A stretch of 64,000 bases of DNA from Lama guanicoe (lineage: Eukaryota). Shown here one piece after another: positions 38,770-51,760 of the stretch. A program made the translations under genes and the position numbers. The first letter of the stretch is position 1, and every line of letters begins with the position of its first letter. Where the stretch lies: positions 248,001 to 312,000 of the forward strand of contig MU053487.1 in assembly GCA_013239625.1 (NCBI GenBank), read 5' to 3'. A model generated the notes under the pieces. That model had not been told where the DNA came from. It searched no databases and was given only the letters and a program-made list of their open reading frames with translations.

Positions 38770-38896
38770 GTAGTAACCTATTATGAAAAAAATATGAAAA
38801 GTACTATATGTATGTATATGTATGACTGAAACTTTATGATGGACACCAGGAATTGACGCACTGTTGTAAACTGATTATACTTCAATTAAAAAAAAA
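38770..38896 (+). mobile_element. Short young L1 3' tail
   Basis: ...TATGTATGACTGAAAC...TGTAAACTGATTATACTTCAATTAAAAAAAAA, same tail family as 23209-23275; flanks both resemble AAAT(T)CTCTCTG. Confidence 0.75.
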
Positions 38897-38899
38897 TCT

Positions 38900-39005
38900 C
38901 TCTCTGCCAATTTGAGCCACTACACCCTCCCCTATGGTGTGTACTCTGTACCTGCATTAGACATTAACTAGATCCTCTGAGAAAACACAAGAATGCCTAC
39001 TCACC

Positions 39006-39040
<35 letters not shown>

Positions 39041-39350
39041 CACACACACCCCAATTTCCTCCTGGTGCCAGCGAGGTAACTCCTTAGGAGACATCATTCC
39101 CTTCTCAAACCTGTAAGGGTCACAGTAACCCACTACTCGCCTTGTTGGACTGTGTAAACTGTCAATGTGCTACTTTGATGTATGACCTTCTGTCTCAAAA
39201 ACTTATATAACTGTGCTCCAATCTCTAATAGGCAAAAAGTCCTCAGAGCTTTCTGAAAGACTGTCTCCTAGGTTATAATCCTCGGGTTGGCCCCAGTGTA
39301 ACTTTCCGTTTCTTTCTTAGATTGACTATTGGTTAATTTTTCTTTGATAC
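38900..39350 (+). mobile_element. Probable ERV LTR remnant containing a (CA)n tract
   Basis: TATA-like CTTATATAACTG followed by CAGAGCTTTCTGAAAGACTGTCTCC...TATAATCCTC, typical of ERV1 LTR U3/R; family not identified. Confidence 0.5.
39005..39049. repeat. (CA)n microsatellite, one interruption
   Basis: Direct reading. Confidence 0.95.
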
Positions 39351-41434
39351 CATCATACTCCACTTCTTTCATCTCTTTGCTCAATATTCTTCTCTGTGAG
39401 GCCTTTACTGGTCAGTCTTTGTAAGATCCCATCAATTCCTCATCATTTTTATCTCCTCCCCTGATTTTTTTCCTTAGTCTTCATCACTATCTCACGTATG
39501 CAGTATTTTTCTTATTTATCTTTTCTTTTCAACTAGAATGTTAAGTTTCACAAGGGAAGAGATTTTTGTCCATGTTCGCAGTGTAATATTCCTAGTGCCT
39601 GGATCAATGCCCGACATTTGAACAGATGCCTAGGTATTTGTTGAATACACTTTTTTTTTTAATGTAGTAGAATTACATTTGTTTTGTAGTATTTATTGCT
39701 CAAGCAGTAAATCTGATTGATAACTTGAATCAGGCTACTTTATATTTTACCATGATGCAACAGATTTCATGGCTGGAGGCTGTATGACCTTGGGGTGCAG
39801 CACTAGCATTCCCAGTATTGTAGTTAATAAATCTGTGCATAGATTTCCTGTGAGACTGTGTAATGAAAAAAAAATAGCTGCTAACTGGAAAGATTCAAGG
39901 TGGAGTCCACAAACTGCTTGACAATTGCTAAACTAAAAGGATTCTGAAATCAAAGAACAATGTAATATCCATCCCCCAGTGCTGTTTATCTCAGGCACCT
40001 CTAGATCGGTGTGCTGCATACACTAACGTGCACTGTGGATCACTGAAGAGGTAAGGAATTTTCTCAACTGAAATACCACTCTTTTTTTTTTTCTGACTAA
40101 ACATCATACAACAAAGACTGATATTTGTAATGTATAAAAACTGGTTTAAATATGGAAGCAGAAAAAAAAGTCAGGCTGGGCCAAGGAAACAGAAAAAGAC
40201 CAGAAGGCTTACTTACTTTTTTTGTAGGGATAAGGCTTTAATAAAACAAATATGTATTTCCACAAATGAAGTCACACCCCACATCTCAAATACTCTAGCA
40301 TGTACACATGTGTTTTTTCTTCTTTTTGGGGGGTTATTGTTTTTGCCACTGTGAACAGTACACGTCTGGAAGTACTGGTGTGATTCATTTATTTTTTAAG
40401 GAAGTCAAAGTCGTTAACGTAACATAGTTTAAAACATCCACTAGTACTGCTAAGTTTATGACAAAGCACAGTGCCCTGCCCCCATCTCCCTTCTCATGAA
40501 GTTGCCACTTTCCAAAGCAGCCACTTTCAACCTTTAGCAATGTCTCCAGATACTTGTTTTTAGACACTGTTTAATTTCCTCAGTGGAAGGTGGGGATTCA
40601 GTAATCTCTATACCACCCACTTGTAGCTATAGCAGCTTCTTGGTGAACCCAGCTTTCATTATCACCACCATTATGTGTAAATATTCTTCACAAATAAGGA
40701 TATAGTATATTGTGATATGTACTTTGCTTTCCATTTGCTTATCAAGGTACCTTCATTCATTCACTGCCCAAATCTGAGAAAATCCCTTCTCAATACATTC
40801 ACTCACCACAGGAATCCCCTTCTTTCTTTTTCCTCTTTCCATCTCTCCTCTTCTTGGAGACATTCCCCCTGGAGCCTTCTATACCTGTACTCCAGTCTGG
40901 GTGGGCTACCCCTTCTTAGGACTGCAGTCTGGTGTCTTCCTGAGATGTCACTGACCAGCCAGGCTTGAAGACGGGCAAGCAAAGGGAGGAAGAACAGTTG
41001 TAAAGGATGATGAAATCAGAAGTATTAGTCTCAGTGAGATGGTCAGGCTGGAGCTTGGCTGCCCGTCCTAGCCACACTTTGGGTTATTAGGCATCTCCAA
41101 GACAAATGTTGTTTGGGTTGAATAAGGCTTTATCAGTGCTTCCAGTGAGGTAAAGGATGTGGAAATTGCATCCTCTTCCTTAACTACTATGAATCATATT
41201 TTTACTTATTCTGAGTACTTCAGTACTTCCCTAGATGGTGAGATGTGTGCAGTTTTAGAAACTCAGTATTTTTATGCATCAGTTATTCAAAATATCTAAA
41301 GAGCAGTTTTGAAATGCCATAGGTTTTTTTTCTAAGGGCACCAATATTCACAAAGTTGGGAGGGAGACTTAAAAATATTCATGCACAATAACCAGAGAAG
41401 TCATAGCACAGATTCAGTTTTCTCTCTCAGGCCT

Positions 41435-41640
41435 CGGTCTGGGGTTAAAACCTGGTTAGATAGCTTATGAGCTACACGACCTTGGGCAAATCAGTTAACT
41501 TCTCCAAGTCTTAGTCTCTTCAGTAAATTGGGGATGACAATAATAATCATACTTGCCTTATAGGATTGGAATAAAATGTTAATATATCTAAAGTACTTAG
41601 CATAAAACCTGACACCTGGCAAAGAACAATTAGTATACAG
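41435..41640 (+). mobile_element. MIR SINE
   Basis: GACCTTGGGCAAATCAGTTAACTTCTC...GTAAATTGGGGATGACAATAAT...TAAAGTACTTAGCA. Confidence 0.75.
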
Positions 41641-41678
41641 TATTTCTTACATAAAGTAGGTATTAAGACTTGCTATGT

Positions 41679-41847
41679 GGGGGAGGGGATAGCTCAAGTG
41701 ATAGAGCGCTTGCTTAGCATGCACGAGGTCCTGGGTTCAATCCCCAGTACCTCCTCCAAAAATAAAAGTAAATGGATAAACCTAATTACCTCCCCCCCAA
41801 CAAGATAAATTAAAAAAAAAAGAAAAATTAAAAAAAAAATTGAATGA
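41679..41847 (+). mobile_element. tRNA-Ala-derived camelid-type SINE with perfect 14-bp TSD
   Basis: AAGACTTGCTATGT at 41665-41678 and 41848-41861; intact tRNA-like head and long A tail. Confidence 0.95.
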
Positions 41848-42354
41848 AAGACTTGCTATGTTCCAAATACTGTGGGTAGTGCTAGAAACACATAAATGGT
41901 GAAAGAAAAAAAAAAAAAAAAAAAGGCCTGTGCAGCTTTACAATGGCCAAGAGGTAGAAGCAATCCAAATGTCCACTGAAAACCTTAAAGGAGGTAGGGT
42001 TTAGACAAAGTGGGTCTGAGTCTATATGCCAAATTTAGAAAAGCAGAGATCAGTGGTGAAGTCAGAATCGGTGAAATCAACTTAAGGACCAAAAGGAGCA
42101 AAAAGTTCAAGAGAGGAAGCCGACTGAAATTTCACAATCTCTGTGGGCCACACACCTACTTTTTAAAGAGTTGCTTCAATTTGCCTCCTCAGTTCCTTTA
42201 TATACTCTGTATCTATATATTATCCACCATACATATCATTCTATATATTATTTATCTGAACATATTTACATATAGTCATTCACAGGAATCAGGTGGTGAA
42301 CAGAGTTCTTAATCACTTTTGCATTTTGACTTCATTTTGATTATCATTAATTTT

Positions 42355-42650
42355 AAAAATTATTCTTAATTGTGGTAAAATAAACATAAAGTAACATTTA
42401 CCATCTTAATCATTTTTAACTGTATACTTCAGTGGTCTTAGGTACATTCACATTATTTTGTAGCTATCACCATTATCCATCTCCAGAATTCTTTTCATCA
42501 TTCAAACAGTAACTCTCTACCTATGAAACAGTAACTCCCTGTTCCCTCCTCCCCACGGCCCCTGACAACCACCATTCTACTTTCTGTCCCTGTGAATTTG
42601 ACTACTCTAGGTACCTCATACCTCATACAGGTGGAATTACACAATATTTG
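42355..42650 (-). mobile_element. L1M 3' end fragment
   Basis: TAATTGTGGTAAAATA...TTTACCATCTTAATCATTTTTAA...CAACCACCATTCTACTTTCTGTC...TTTGACTACTCTAGGTACCTCATA. Confidence 0.85.
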
Positions 42651-43069
42651 AGTATCAAGTTTTTAATATGGGCTAACCAACCTCTGGGTATCCTCAGCCA
42701 CATGCTGCAGACCTGGAGTAAACTTCACTGTATGGAAATTCTCTGACATCAACAGCTAGAAATCAGTTCTTTGAAAAAAAAAATTCACCATTTCTCTTAT
42801 GATAGCAAAATGGAAGGACTAACCTAGCATTAGACCGAAACTTCAGATTGGAGTAAGCTGCAGGAGAAAATGAACAGAAAACTGTTTGGGTTGAGTTGCG
42901 AATCAAGGTTTTGTGTTGAAGGGAAAATTTATCCTAAAATTCTGGAGGTGAATTCTGGATTGTTCACACCTGTATTCAATGTTAGTGTGAAAAAAAAAAT
43001 GGACTCAGTGTTTTTTAACTGGGCTGTATTACCAGTGGAGCTATCCATGGAAACCCCTTTGCTTTAGTG

Positions 43070-43361
43070 CAAGGTTTTCAACCTGGGCGTTACTGACATT
43101 TGGGGCTAAATACTTATCTGGGTGTGTGTGTGTGTGGTGTGTGTGTGGTGTGTGTGTGTGGAGTGTGTGTGTGTGGTGTGTGTGTGTGTGTGTGTGTGTT
43201 GGGGAGCAGTCCTGTCTACGTAGGATGCTTATCAGCATTTTTGGCCGGTACCCACTAGATGTCAGTAGCACTCCCTCACCAAGTTGTGACAACCAAAAAT
43301 GTCTCCAGATCGCACCAAATGTCTTCCAGTGGGCAAAATCGCCCCTAGTTGAGAACCATGG
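43070..43361. mobile_element. MER20 hAT-Charlie MITE with internal compound (TG)n (43122-43198)
   Basis: Terminal inverted repeats CAAGGTTTTCAACC / AGTTGAGAACCATG; core CCCACTAGATGTCAGTAGCAC...GTTGTGACAACCAAAAATGTCTCCAGA. Confidence 0.9.
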
Positions 43362-45489
43362 GTTTAGGAGGATTGAGAAGAAAAAGTACGTTTCTTGCTT
43401 TGTTGAAATAATCCAACTCTGATCTAAATCTCTACTCTGACCTTACCTTTGATAAAAATTAGTGTAAATTTGGCTTTAGACTAAACCAGCAAGACTGTTG
43501 TCAAGTAATCTCTTTTTGTACTCTTGTCAAACAATAAAATATCAGATTTACACCATTTTAAGGGGAAAAATACTGGGAGACTGGGGCTGCACAAAGGGCT
43601 TGCTGGTCAAGATGGTTTGCAAGGAGCAGCACCTCTGGGCACTTTCTACCCTGACTTACAGACTGGCCCCTTCTATACCAATCACATTTCTGAAAGCACA
43701 TTAATGCATTTCTCCCATTACCATATCCACAGCTACATGTTCACAGCAGACAGATTTCAGAGGTGTCAGATGCACAGCAGGTGCTCAAATATTTAATAAG
43801 TAAATAAAGGTAATCAGAACTACATTCAGAGACCAATCTGTAAAAAAATTGTAACCTAAAATCCAACTCACTTCTGAAGTTTTCAGAGTATGTAAAATTG
43901 AGGTGTTTGTGATGTTAATTCTAATCATGCTATTATTCAGTTTAATTCCTGAGTTCAGTTAGATTATACCTTAAGAGTGTCTAGTACTCAATCTGGGTCA
44001 TTCCCCACTGGTATCCCATGTTCCAGCAAAATTAAGCTGGGTAACGATGACCAGTGGGGGAGACACAAATGACCTGTACAGTAGTCTGGAAAGCAAATTC
44101 AGTATTTTAACTTCGTAAGAAAAGGAAAACTTCTGAACTAAAACCACTGAAAGAAAAGCTATATCCAAGCTTTCCTGATTATGAGAATGCAGATTTTTGT
44201 GGGATATTTTATGGGAATTTTAAGAGCGTGTGTGAGTTTTTATACTGACCAAAAGAAGCCATGGGTAAAAAGTTCCAGTGACATGCCCTAATGCTTATTT
44301 CATACAGCACTGCCCTGCTCTTTGGCTTCCCTCTGCTCTCCCTGCCCTATAAGCTTCTGCACTAAGTTTAAGCATCACCTCTTCTTCCAGAAAGCTTTCC
44401 ATGATTACACTTTATGTGTACCCCCCTACCTGGATTCCCCAGCTCCCATCAACACCTTGTGTTACTCTCTATTATAGTATTAACCACACTCTATCACGCT
44501 TACTTGCTCTACTTTGCCTCTTTGAAGGCAACTATTCAAGATACCTGTCACATGGATGAATGTAGGTTAAATTTGAAATGCTGAAATTCTGACACGTATA
44601 AAGATTTCTTGTATCTTCCTGTTCTATTTTAGGTTATTTTTACAAGAATAATTTAAACCCAGCTATTTAAGTAACTAGAATATCTCTAAAGATATAGCTA
44701 TTTGTTACAAGTACGATCCGTGAAGAGCAACAGCCCAGGATTATGCTGCATACAAACAAAGGAGTATTTCGCTGCTGTAAGATGTCATCCTATAGAAAAA
44801 AAAATTTTTATATTCAAAATGTATTGTTAAATACATGCAAAGAACAACAGAAGCATTCAAAATATTAGCTAATTCTAAACTTACTATTCTCTGGCTTACA
44901 AAACTTAATGTTCCCTCACAGTTTTCAGCATTAAATCAAATTCATTGTCTTATTACTTCACAAAATAGCAACACAGATCATCTCAAGTGGTGCTATTAGG
45001 GGTAATTTTTTTTCCTTCAGTTTTTCATTATTTTCTAAATATTTCACAATAGAGATGGATGACATTTTAAATGACAGTTTTTTAAAAGCTTAATTCTAGA
45101 ACTTTCTTTTCATAGCTATAAAACTATACTGATTAACTGCAATAAATCAGAACAATACAGGAAGCAAAGATGTCAAAGATTATGTAAAAAAACGCCTCAT
45201 GTATTATGTAGTAACACAGTAATCTGCATTTCTATTTACTGTAAATATTATTCTAAATTAACAATAATAAGAAAAACTTGAATTTGCAAATAGATCTGGA
45301 CTGAAGATTTTAGTTTTTTTCTGTAAGACATAACTTGGTGAAATATCATTTTGACCTGAAGTTTATAAGACTAAAATACAAAAGAACATAGCAAATTTAC
45401 TCCAAATTTGAAACCTCAGGTTCAACCATTTCTTACAATAATCTATTACAGATTTTGAAAACCCAAAAGAAACAAACATGTTTTACAAC

Positions 45490-47889
45490 CTGGAATTATA
45501 TGCCTTTAATTAGTTTTCAGCAGCACAAGTAAGTGAATAACACTGATAATTAGCTTAGGGAAGAAAAGCAGAAAGAAAAAATTTAACCAGTAGCTTTTAA
45601 CCACCATTCTTTAATAGCTGACATGTTAATATTTCTGGAATGAACAAATTAAAGGTAATTGTATATAGCAATCTGAAGAGTCAACAATAACTTTCTTATA
45701 GTCTTATCAACTAAAATTATAGAATTTTAAACATTACTGAGCTTTAACTTCGTCACATTAAACCATACTCTTCTGTTACTCAATTCATTTCTTGAATGCC
45801 TGCCTTTAGGTGCCAGGTGCTTGCTCTAAGTTTTCAAGGAGAGTTATTCAGCATTAAGTCACTCTATTTAGTTCTTAACAGTAGTTAAAGCAGGACCTTA
45901 AAAGAAGAAGTCAAAATTAAATCAGTATTTAGATTCAAAATGATTATAAGACATATCAAAGGTCACAGAACATAAACCATTACTGAGAAGAGTTAAATGT
46001 TTAAAATACCTTTTCTTTGTAAGGATGAACTATAATATATTCATGCATATAGAGTGATATACATTGGATTGTGGTTGCTACTCCTAACAAATCTTTTCTC
46101 CTCAGATGTACTTACAAATTCATGAGAATACCACTGACACAGGACTTCCCAAAAATTTAAAAAAAAAAAAAAACCCTAAATATGCGATAAATGACTTGTC
46201 ACACAGTGAGACAGCAAAAAACCACTGATATACATTGTTAATTTTCTCAAGTAATGTTATGTACAGTTTTATTGCCAGTATATGCACAACAGTAAGCATA
46301 GAACTATAAATACACAATGTAATTAACAGTAGAAAACAAAATTGTTACAGGTAAAGGGGGGGGGAATATAGAGAAACTTTTCCTGCTGCTAGAACAAAAA
46401 CAAAGGAAGGTAAAAGCCTATGACAAATCATCCATTCAGTACTCTTGTCTTAAATTCTTTACATACATTTCTACATTTTTCTCAGTTAAACAAAGAAAGT
46501 ACACGTAACTCTGTAACAATAGCAAATTGCTTCCCTAATAGCTATTTGCCTTTCCAGTCAAATTCACTTTATGTTAGGATTAAAAAAAAAAAAAAGTCAA
46601 GATGCACAATCATTAGTATCCTGGTTCCAAATTATCTAACTTGCCTTTCACCAAAACTGGTAATTTTTGAAAGTTGGCTGCACATGAAAATAACAGGTGT
46701 AGCAAAAGGTGATTAAAAAAATTTGTTAAAAAGTAACAGAAAATAATCACCCTTTAAGTAGTTTTCCAAAAGGCAGCAGCTCAGTGAAAAGTATTAGCCC
46801 TGAAGAGGTAGAGAATTTGAGCCCATTATTCAAAGATAACAGCCTTGGCACCAACTTCTCTCTCATCAGGATCAACGTTTTCAAGTAAGACAATTTCATG
46901 GTAAAAGGAAACCAGGTTCCACCATTTAAAGGAAAAGGTGTTGGTCGACTCCCATGTCTCAATAATTACTTTGTTTATTAAATGAGAAACAGAAGACGGT
47001 CAAGGACACACATGCACTTGATTTTTTTTTGTCTGTTTCCATTATCAAGTTTATTCATAAGTGAATTTGATATTAATAAATAAAAAAAGCATCATTCACA
47101 ACAAAGATAAACAAACCAAAAAACCCTGCAATGAAACCTTCTATCTTAATAAGTATCAAGAAAAACACAGGCTGATGATTTGGTACAGCTTTCTTAAGGG
47201 ATCAGAGAGAGGACATCGTTTTAAATAAAGATGGCAAGATCAATAACCAACAAACGATATTAGTTTTATAGAACTGGCTGATTCTGGAACATTTCTTTGG
47301 AGTCTTAGTTTTAAACTACAGATCACCCCAAAGAAGTTGCAACTAATGACATGTTATCACCATAACACCAACAGAGTCCAGCTGTAGTTCAAATTATTCC
47401 TGCTTTGTTTCACATCATTTCAATATTTCTAGCATAGGACATGATACAGAACAAAACTCAAAGTAGCAATAAAATTATTATTCTGCTTTTGAATAAAGGC
47501 CAAAAAATGTTTTAGACTGTTAAACTTTTAAAGCTTTAAGCATTCCTGTTTAACCAGCATTTAAAAAAATTTATACAATCATAACACTGGCAAAGGTTAA
47601 TGGGAAGACACAGAAGCACAAACATGTGAAATGATGAATTAGATTAAAAATTCCTTTGTATTGATCAACTGATGTTAATACTGTTTCTTCTTGAATTTGG
47701 AATAACTATCATAAAAGTTACATGCAGACTGAGGATAGCTCTGTTACGGAAAATACAAAACAAAACAAAAAACTAAGACTGGGAAACAGTGGTAAGTTCC
47801 AAAAGATGTATTTGAAAATTTCCTTTCGTTGATGAGGGTGGTCTGTCTGTCCTTTCTTTGAGAGACCTGGTTCACTTCCATCAGCTTCA
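45490..47889 (-). other. CLASP2: CLASP2 3' UTR (3' end inferred)
   Basis: AT-rich, apparently repeat-free sequence following the stop codon; several poly(A) hexamers. Confidence 0.65.
45505..45510 (-). terminator. CLASP2: Candidate distal poly(A) signal ATTAAA of CLASP2
   Basis: ATTAAA followed ~20 nt later by GU/U-rich GGTTGTAAAACATGTTTGTTTCTTTTGGGTTTT. Confidence 0.55.
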
Positions 47890-47976
47890 CTAACTCTGTC
47901 CAGAAACATCAGTAGTGGGATCAGCTCCTCCAGAACCTGTTTGTGCACGTTTGATGTAAAGATTCAGTAGCTTCAT
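47890..47976 (-). CDS. CLASP2: CLASP2 terminal coding exon (87 nt including TAG)
   Basis: MKLLNLYIKRAQTGSGGADPTTDVSGQS*; acceptor CTGCAG; TAG immediately followed by TGA. Confidence 0.96.
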   Translation of the reverse strand: MKLLNLYIKRAQTGSGGADPTTDVSGQS

Positions 47977-48316
47977 CTGCAGATTCAAGCCAAAACATAT
48001 CATTTGAGCAAGATTCTCTAAATCATTTAAGATGCTCATTAAAGAAATTACACACATAGGTGAGCCACAGAAGATATTTTAGACTGAGGGGTTATTATAA
48101 TGCCCCAGTTACTGTCAATAATTAAGAATTACAAAAAACTTTTTAAGTCTCAGTTTGTTCATGACTCAGTATTCTAGCATGCTTTTTAAAAAAATGTTAT
48201 AGTGATAACATACAAAACTTAAGAGTAAACTTAGAAAAGGAAGTTACCATTAAGACCATTGTGACAAACATTTGAGTATTAGGTGCTATATAATACTCTG
48301 CCTGACATTACCTCTC

Positions 48317-48477
48317 TTTTTTAAAGTTTATTTATTTAATTTATTTTTTTGGTGGGAGGAGGTAATTAGGTTTAGGTAGTATTTATTTATTCTTAGAGAC
48401 GGTCCTGGGGATTGAACCCATGACCTCATGCATGCTAAGCATGCAGCTCTATCACTTGAGCTATACCTTCTCCCCCT
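48317..48477 (-). mobile_element. tRNA-Ala-derived camelid-type SINE with TSD
   Basis: Flanks TGACATTACCTCTCTTT (from 48303) and TGACATTATCTCTCTTT (from 48478). Confidence 0.9.
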
Positions 48478-49607
48478 TGACATTATCTCTCTTTATCTTC
48501 ACAACACTTTATAGATGAGGAAATCTAGATACAGAATGTGCCATCCCTGCCTCAGGTCCCAGGAGTAGAAAGAAATGGGCTGGGAGAGGAAATCAGGCAC
48601 ACAGGTTCCAGCACTGAAGACCCCAGACAACTATGCCACTGCCCTCCTAACAGGACCGTTGTTGATTTCTCTGTGTCACTGTGCAATCTTTACTGTACGA
48701 GATCATATTTTTATAGTTTCTAATCAAAGCACATCCAGTCCTGCTCACTATCTTTTTCCATTTAATGTCATTCCTAAATATTTTTTCCATCTCCCTACTG
48801 TCTTCATGTGACATGATTACAGGCTGCCTCATATTCTAATGAAGTGCTGAATTTTAATTCTTTTACAGACAACTCTGGATTATCAGGCAGGACCTAACTT
48901 AAACTTATCACAAAAGTTAGGATATGTTTTTCTTAGAAAATCATTTTGTTTTTCAAAGTTTGCTTTTTTACATTAATTCTGAGACCAAAGGGTTTTTAAC
49001 CTGGTGTCCATGGGATTCAGAGGCTCACTGAACCCTCTGAAACTATGTGTAAAATTTTCTGTATGTATTTCTTTTTCTAGGGATGGGATCATACCTAAAT
49101 CTAAAAGTGGTCTGTAACACAGAAAGGGTTAAGAACCACTGCTTTAATCTGTCTGTAACTTGCAGAGGTATTTAATGTAATATACACCTGAGCTCTTTTT
49201 CCTTTATATGTATTTTTTCTGCCCTTTTGCTACTTTAAAAATAAATCTGATTACAGTAATGACAATTGTTAGGATTTTTGAAAACTCTTTAAATGAAGTG
49301 TCTTGCTCATAAAGTATAATTCAACACAGTTTATCCTCATCCTTTAGAACAAATTTCAAGGTTTTTATAGTATCAAAGAAACCAGAAAGCAAGACTGATT
49401 CCATTTATTTTTTTAAGCCTTAAGGACGAACTGGAAAATTTATTTTAACATACCAAATCAAAGTTATATGTTTATCTGGATCATAGTAAGAACAGAAAGA
49501 GGAGACCAAATATTTGATTGTCATAGTTCATAGGGAAAAATTTCTTAAGTGTTCAACTGTTCCATATTTTGGGACATACACATCCATGAATATATAACTA
49601 CTATTTA

Positions 49608-49740
49608 TTCTTTGTTTTTTTGGGGTGGGTAGGGAGGTAGTTAGGTTTATGTATTTATTTTTAATGGAGGCACGGGGGATTGAACTCAGGACCTCTTGCA
49701 TGCTAGGCACACGCTCTACCACTGAGCTATACCCTCTCCC
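49608..49740 (-). mobile_element. tRNA-Ala-derived camelid-type SINE with TSD
   Basis: Flanks CTACTATTTA at 49598-49607 and 49741-49750. Confidence 0.9.
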
Positions 49741-50043
49741 CTACTATTTACTTTTAATTAAACAATCCTTGGGGTTAAGGATTTGGGTGTGGGAGTGGGA
49801 AGAGTCAGTTGCAGTAATTTCTCTCACAGCAGTCTACCAAGCACCGTACCAAACTGCTGACTTCACCTGAGTGATAAAATGAAAGTACAAACAGCTAAAC
49901 TGCAAACAGTAAGAGGAATGAGCTGGATGCTCAAAGCCTGACTAATTAAAAGCCAAACAACAAATTCACCCTTTAACACACACAACTAAATTTTGAAGAA
50001 TGTCCTATGGCCACCATCTTTGGAGCAAAGCAACACTACTTAC

Positions 50044-50160
50044 TTTACTGCCAGTGAGCTGACTGAGATGTGGTTTTAGTTCATCACCAATTACCGCGTG
50101 AATAGCCACCAGGCAGAAGACACAAGCTTTCCGAACGCTGCTCTCTGAATTATCATATCC
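50044..50160 (-). CDS. CLASP2: CLASP2 penultimate coding exon (117 nt)
   Basis: GYDNSESSVRKACVFCLVAIHAVIGDELKPHLSQLTGSK; acceptor TTTTCTCCCTAG, donor GTAAGT. Confidence 0.96.
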
Positions 50161-51049
50161 CTAGGGAGAAAAGTCCTTGTTAGCACACCTGCGGGATCTG
50201 AGAAGCATACCATCCTAAAGAGACAGAAGTGCAACTCAAAGAGGAGATCTCCAGTGTGCTGAGGAGAGACAGCTTCACTGACCAGATGGAATTACCTCAC
50301 TGTTTCAGGCAGAGACATGACTTTCCCTCCTCCATTTCCCCTTCGGCTCCCCTAGTCCACTATCAGCCTTTCATACCAGGTTCTTTCTTATTTAGCCTGA
50401 AAAGTTGCAATTCTCTGACTCTGAGGCTGTCCCTCTGCCAATCCACCCTGGACAAAACCTCTGAATTAACTTTCCTAAAGCATTCGGTGTTAGGGAACTC
50501 AAAAGCTCCTCACTACCGAATAAAACCTAAACCCCTTGGCCTGGCAGTCAGTGCACTCCTATAATCAGGATGAATTAAGCTGATTATATGTCTCATCCCT
50601 ACCATTACTCTAAGTTATTTATTCAGCAAACATTTATTCAGTACCCACTGTATGTATGACACACATATTATGTATATTCTGTTCTAAACAACCAAAGCAT
50701 AGATAAAGAAGAAAGAGATTGGATCTTATCTTCAAGGACCTCATAACTTAGTAGTATTAGGCTTAGAACAGAGTCACAAAGATAATACTGTAGATGCACA
50801 AAGAAATGAATGATTAATTCTCTTCATGTGGAGTCTCAATATATACACTATGTAGTATTAGTCATTAAAATTGCATTACAGAATATTATTTACTGGATGG
50901 AAAAAGTTCATAACCTATGATTAAGTTAAGCAAAGCATTTAACAAAATATCCCATTTTTGTTGAAGTGTTTATATTTTGGGGTTTGTGTGCACAGAAAAA
51001 AACCACATTATGTCTAGTCAATGACAGTAAATTAGTATTAGCATGTTGG

Positions 51050-51590
51050 AGAGAAATCTGGCAATACCTAAGAATTCTACTTCTAAATAGACAAATATAA
51101 GAAGATATTACAAGGAAGTTCATTGCAATATTTGTTACTAAAAAAACAAAAAAGGAAACAACCACATATTCATCAACAGATAAATGGGCAAACAAAATGT
51201 ATAATGGAATATTAGAATAAATAAAAATGAATAATGGAATAAATGGAATATTATTCAGCCATAAAAGGAATGACATTCTAATACATTCTACAACATGGAT
51301 AAACCCTTAAAGACATTATGCCAAGTGAAATAAGCCAGGCACAAAAGGACAAATACTGTATGGTTTCACTTACACAAGGAACCTAGAAAGTAGATCAGAG
51401 GTTACCAGGGTCTGGGGGTGGGGAAATGGGGAGTTATTAATTGATCGGTACAGAGTTTCTCTTTGGGATGAAGAAAAAGTTCTGGAGATGGACAGTGGTG
51501 ATGGTTGTACAACACTGTGAATGTACTTAGTACCACTGAATCGCACAGTTAAAATGGCCAGATGGTAAGTTTTACGTTATCTGTATTCTA
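51050..51590 (+). mobile_element. L1M(B)-like ORF2 end plus 3' UTR
   Basis: AATGGAATATTATTCAGCCATAAAAGGAATGA...CAACATGGATAAACC...AAGGACAAATACTGTATG...GTGGTGATGGTTGTACAACACTGTGAATGTACTTA. Confidence 0.85.
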
Positions 51591-51760
51591 CCTCCTACCC
51601 CACCGCCCCACTGCAGAGCTCGTTATGGAAAGTCTTTGCTCTGAACACCTGAGACAGCAGGAAGGTTTGGTCATGCCACTAGTGTTGTCTGGAAAGTGCC
51701 TGAAATAACTGGAGACCAAAGCATCATACATAGCTTATTCCTCTAAGCTTTGCTGCTTAC

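Noticed and set aside
41679..41757. Apparent tRNA-Ala(AGC) gene (and six similar heads)
   Set aside because: Each continues into a shared non-tRNA tail and A-rich end, most with TSDs: SINE copies, not tRNA genes.
13678..50044. Possible CLASP2-UBP1 read-through fusion (same strand, ~17 kb apart)
   Set aside because: The CLASP2 penultimate exon ends in phase 0 while UBP1 exon 2 starts in phase 2, so the usual chimera is out of frame; no transcript evidence available.
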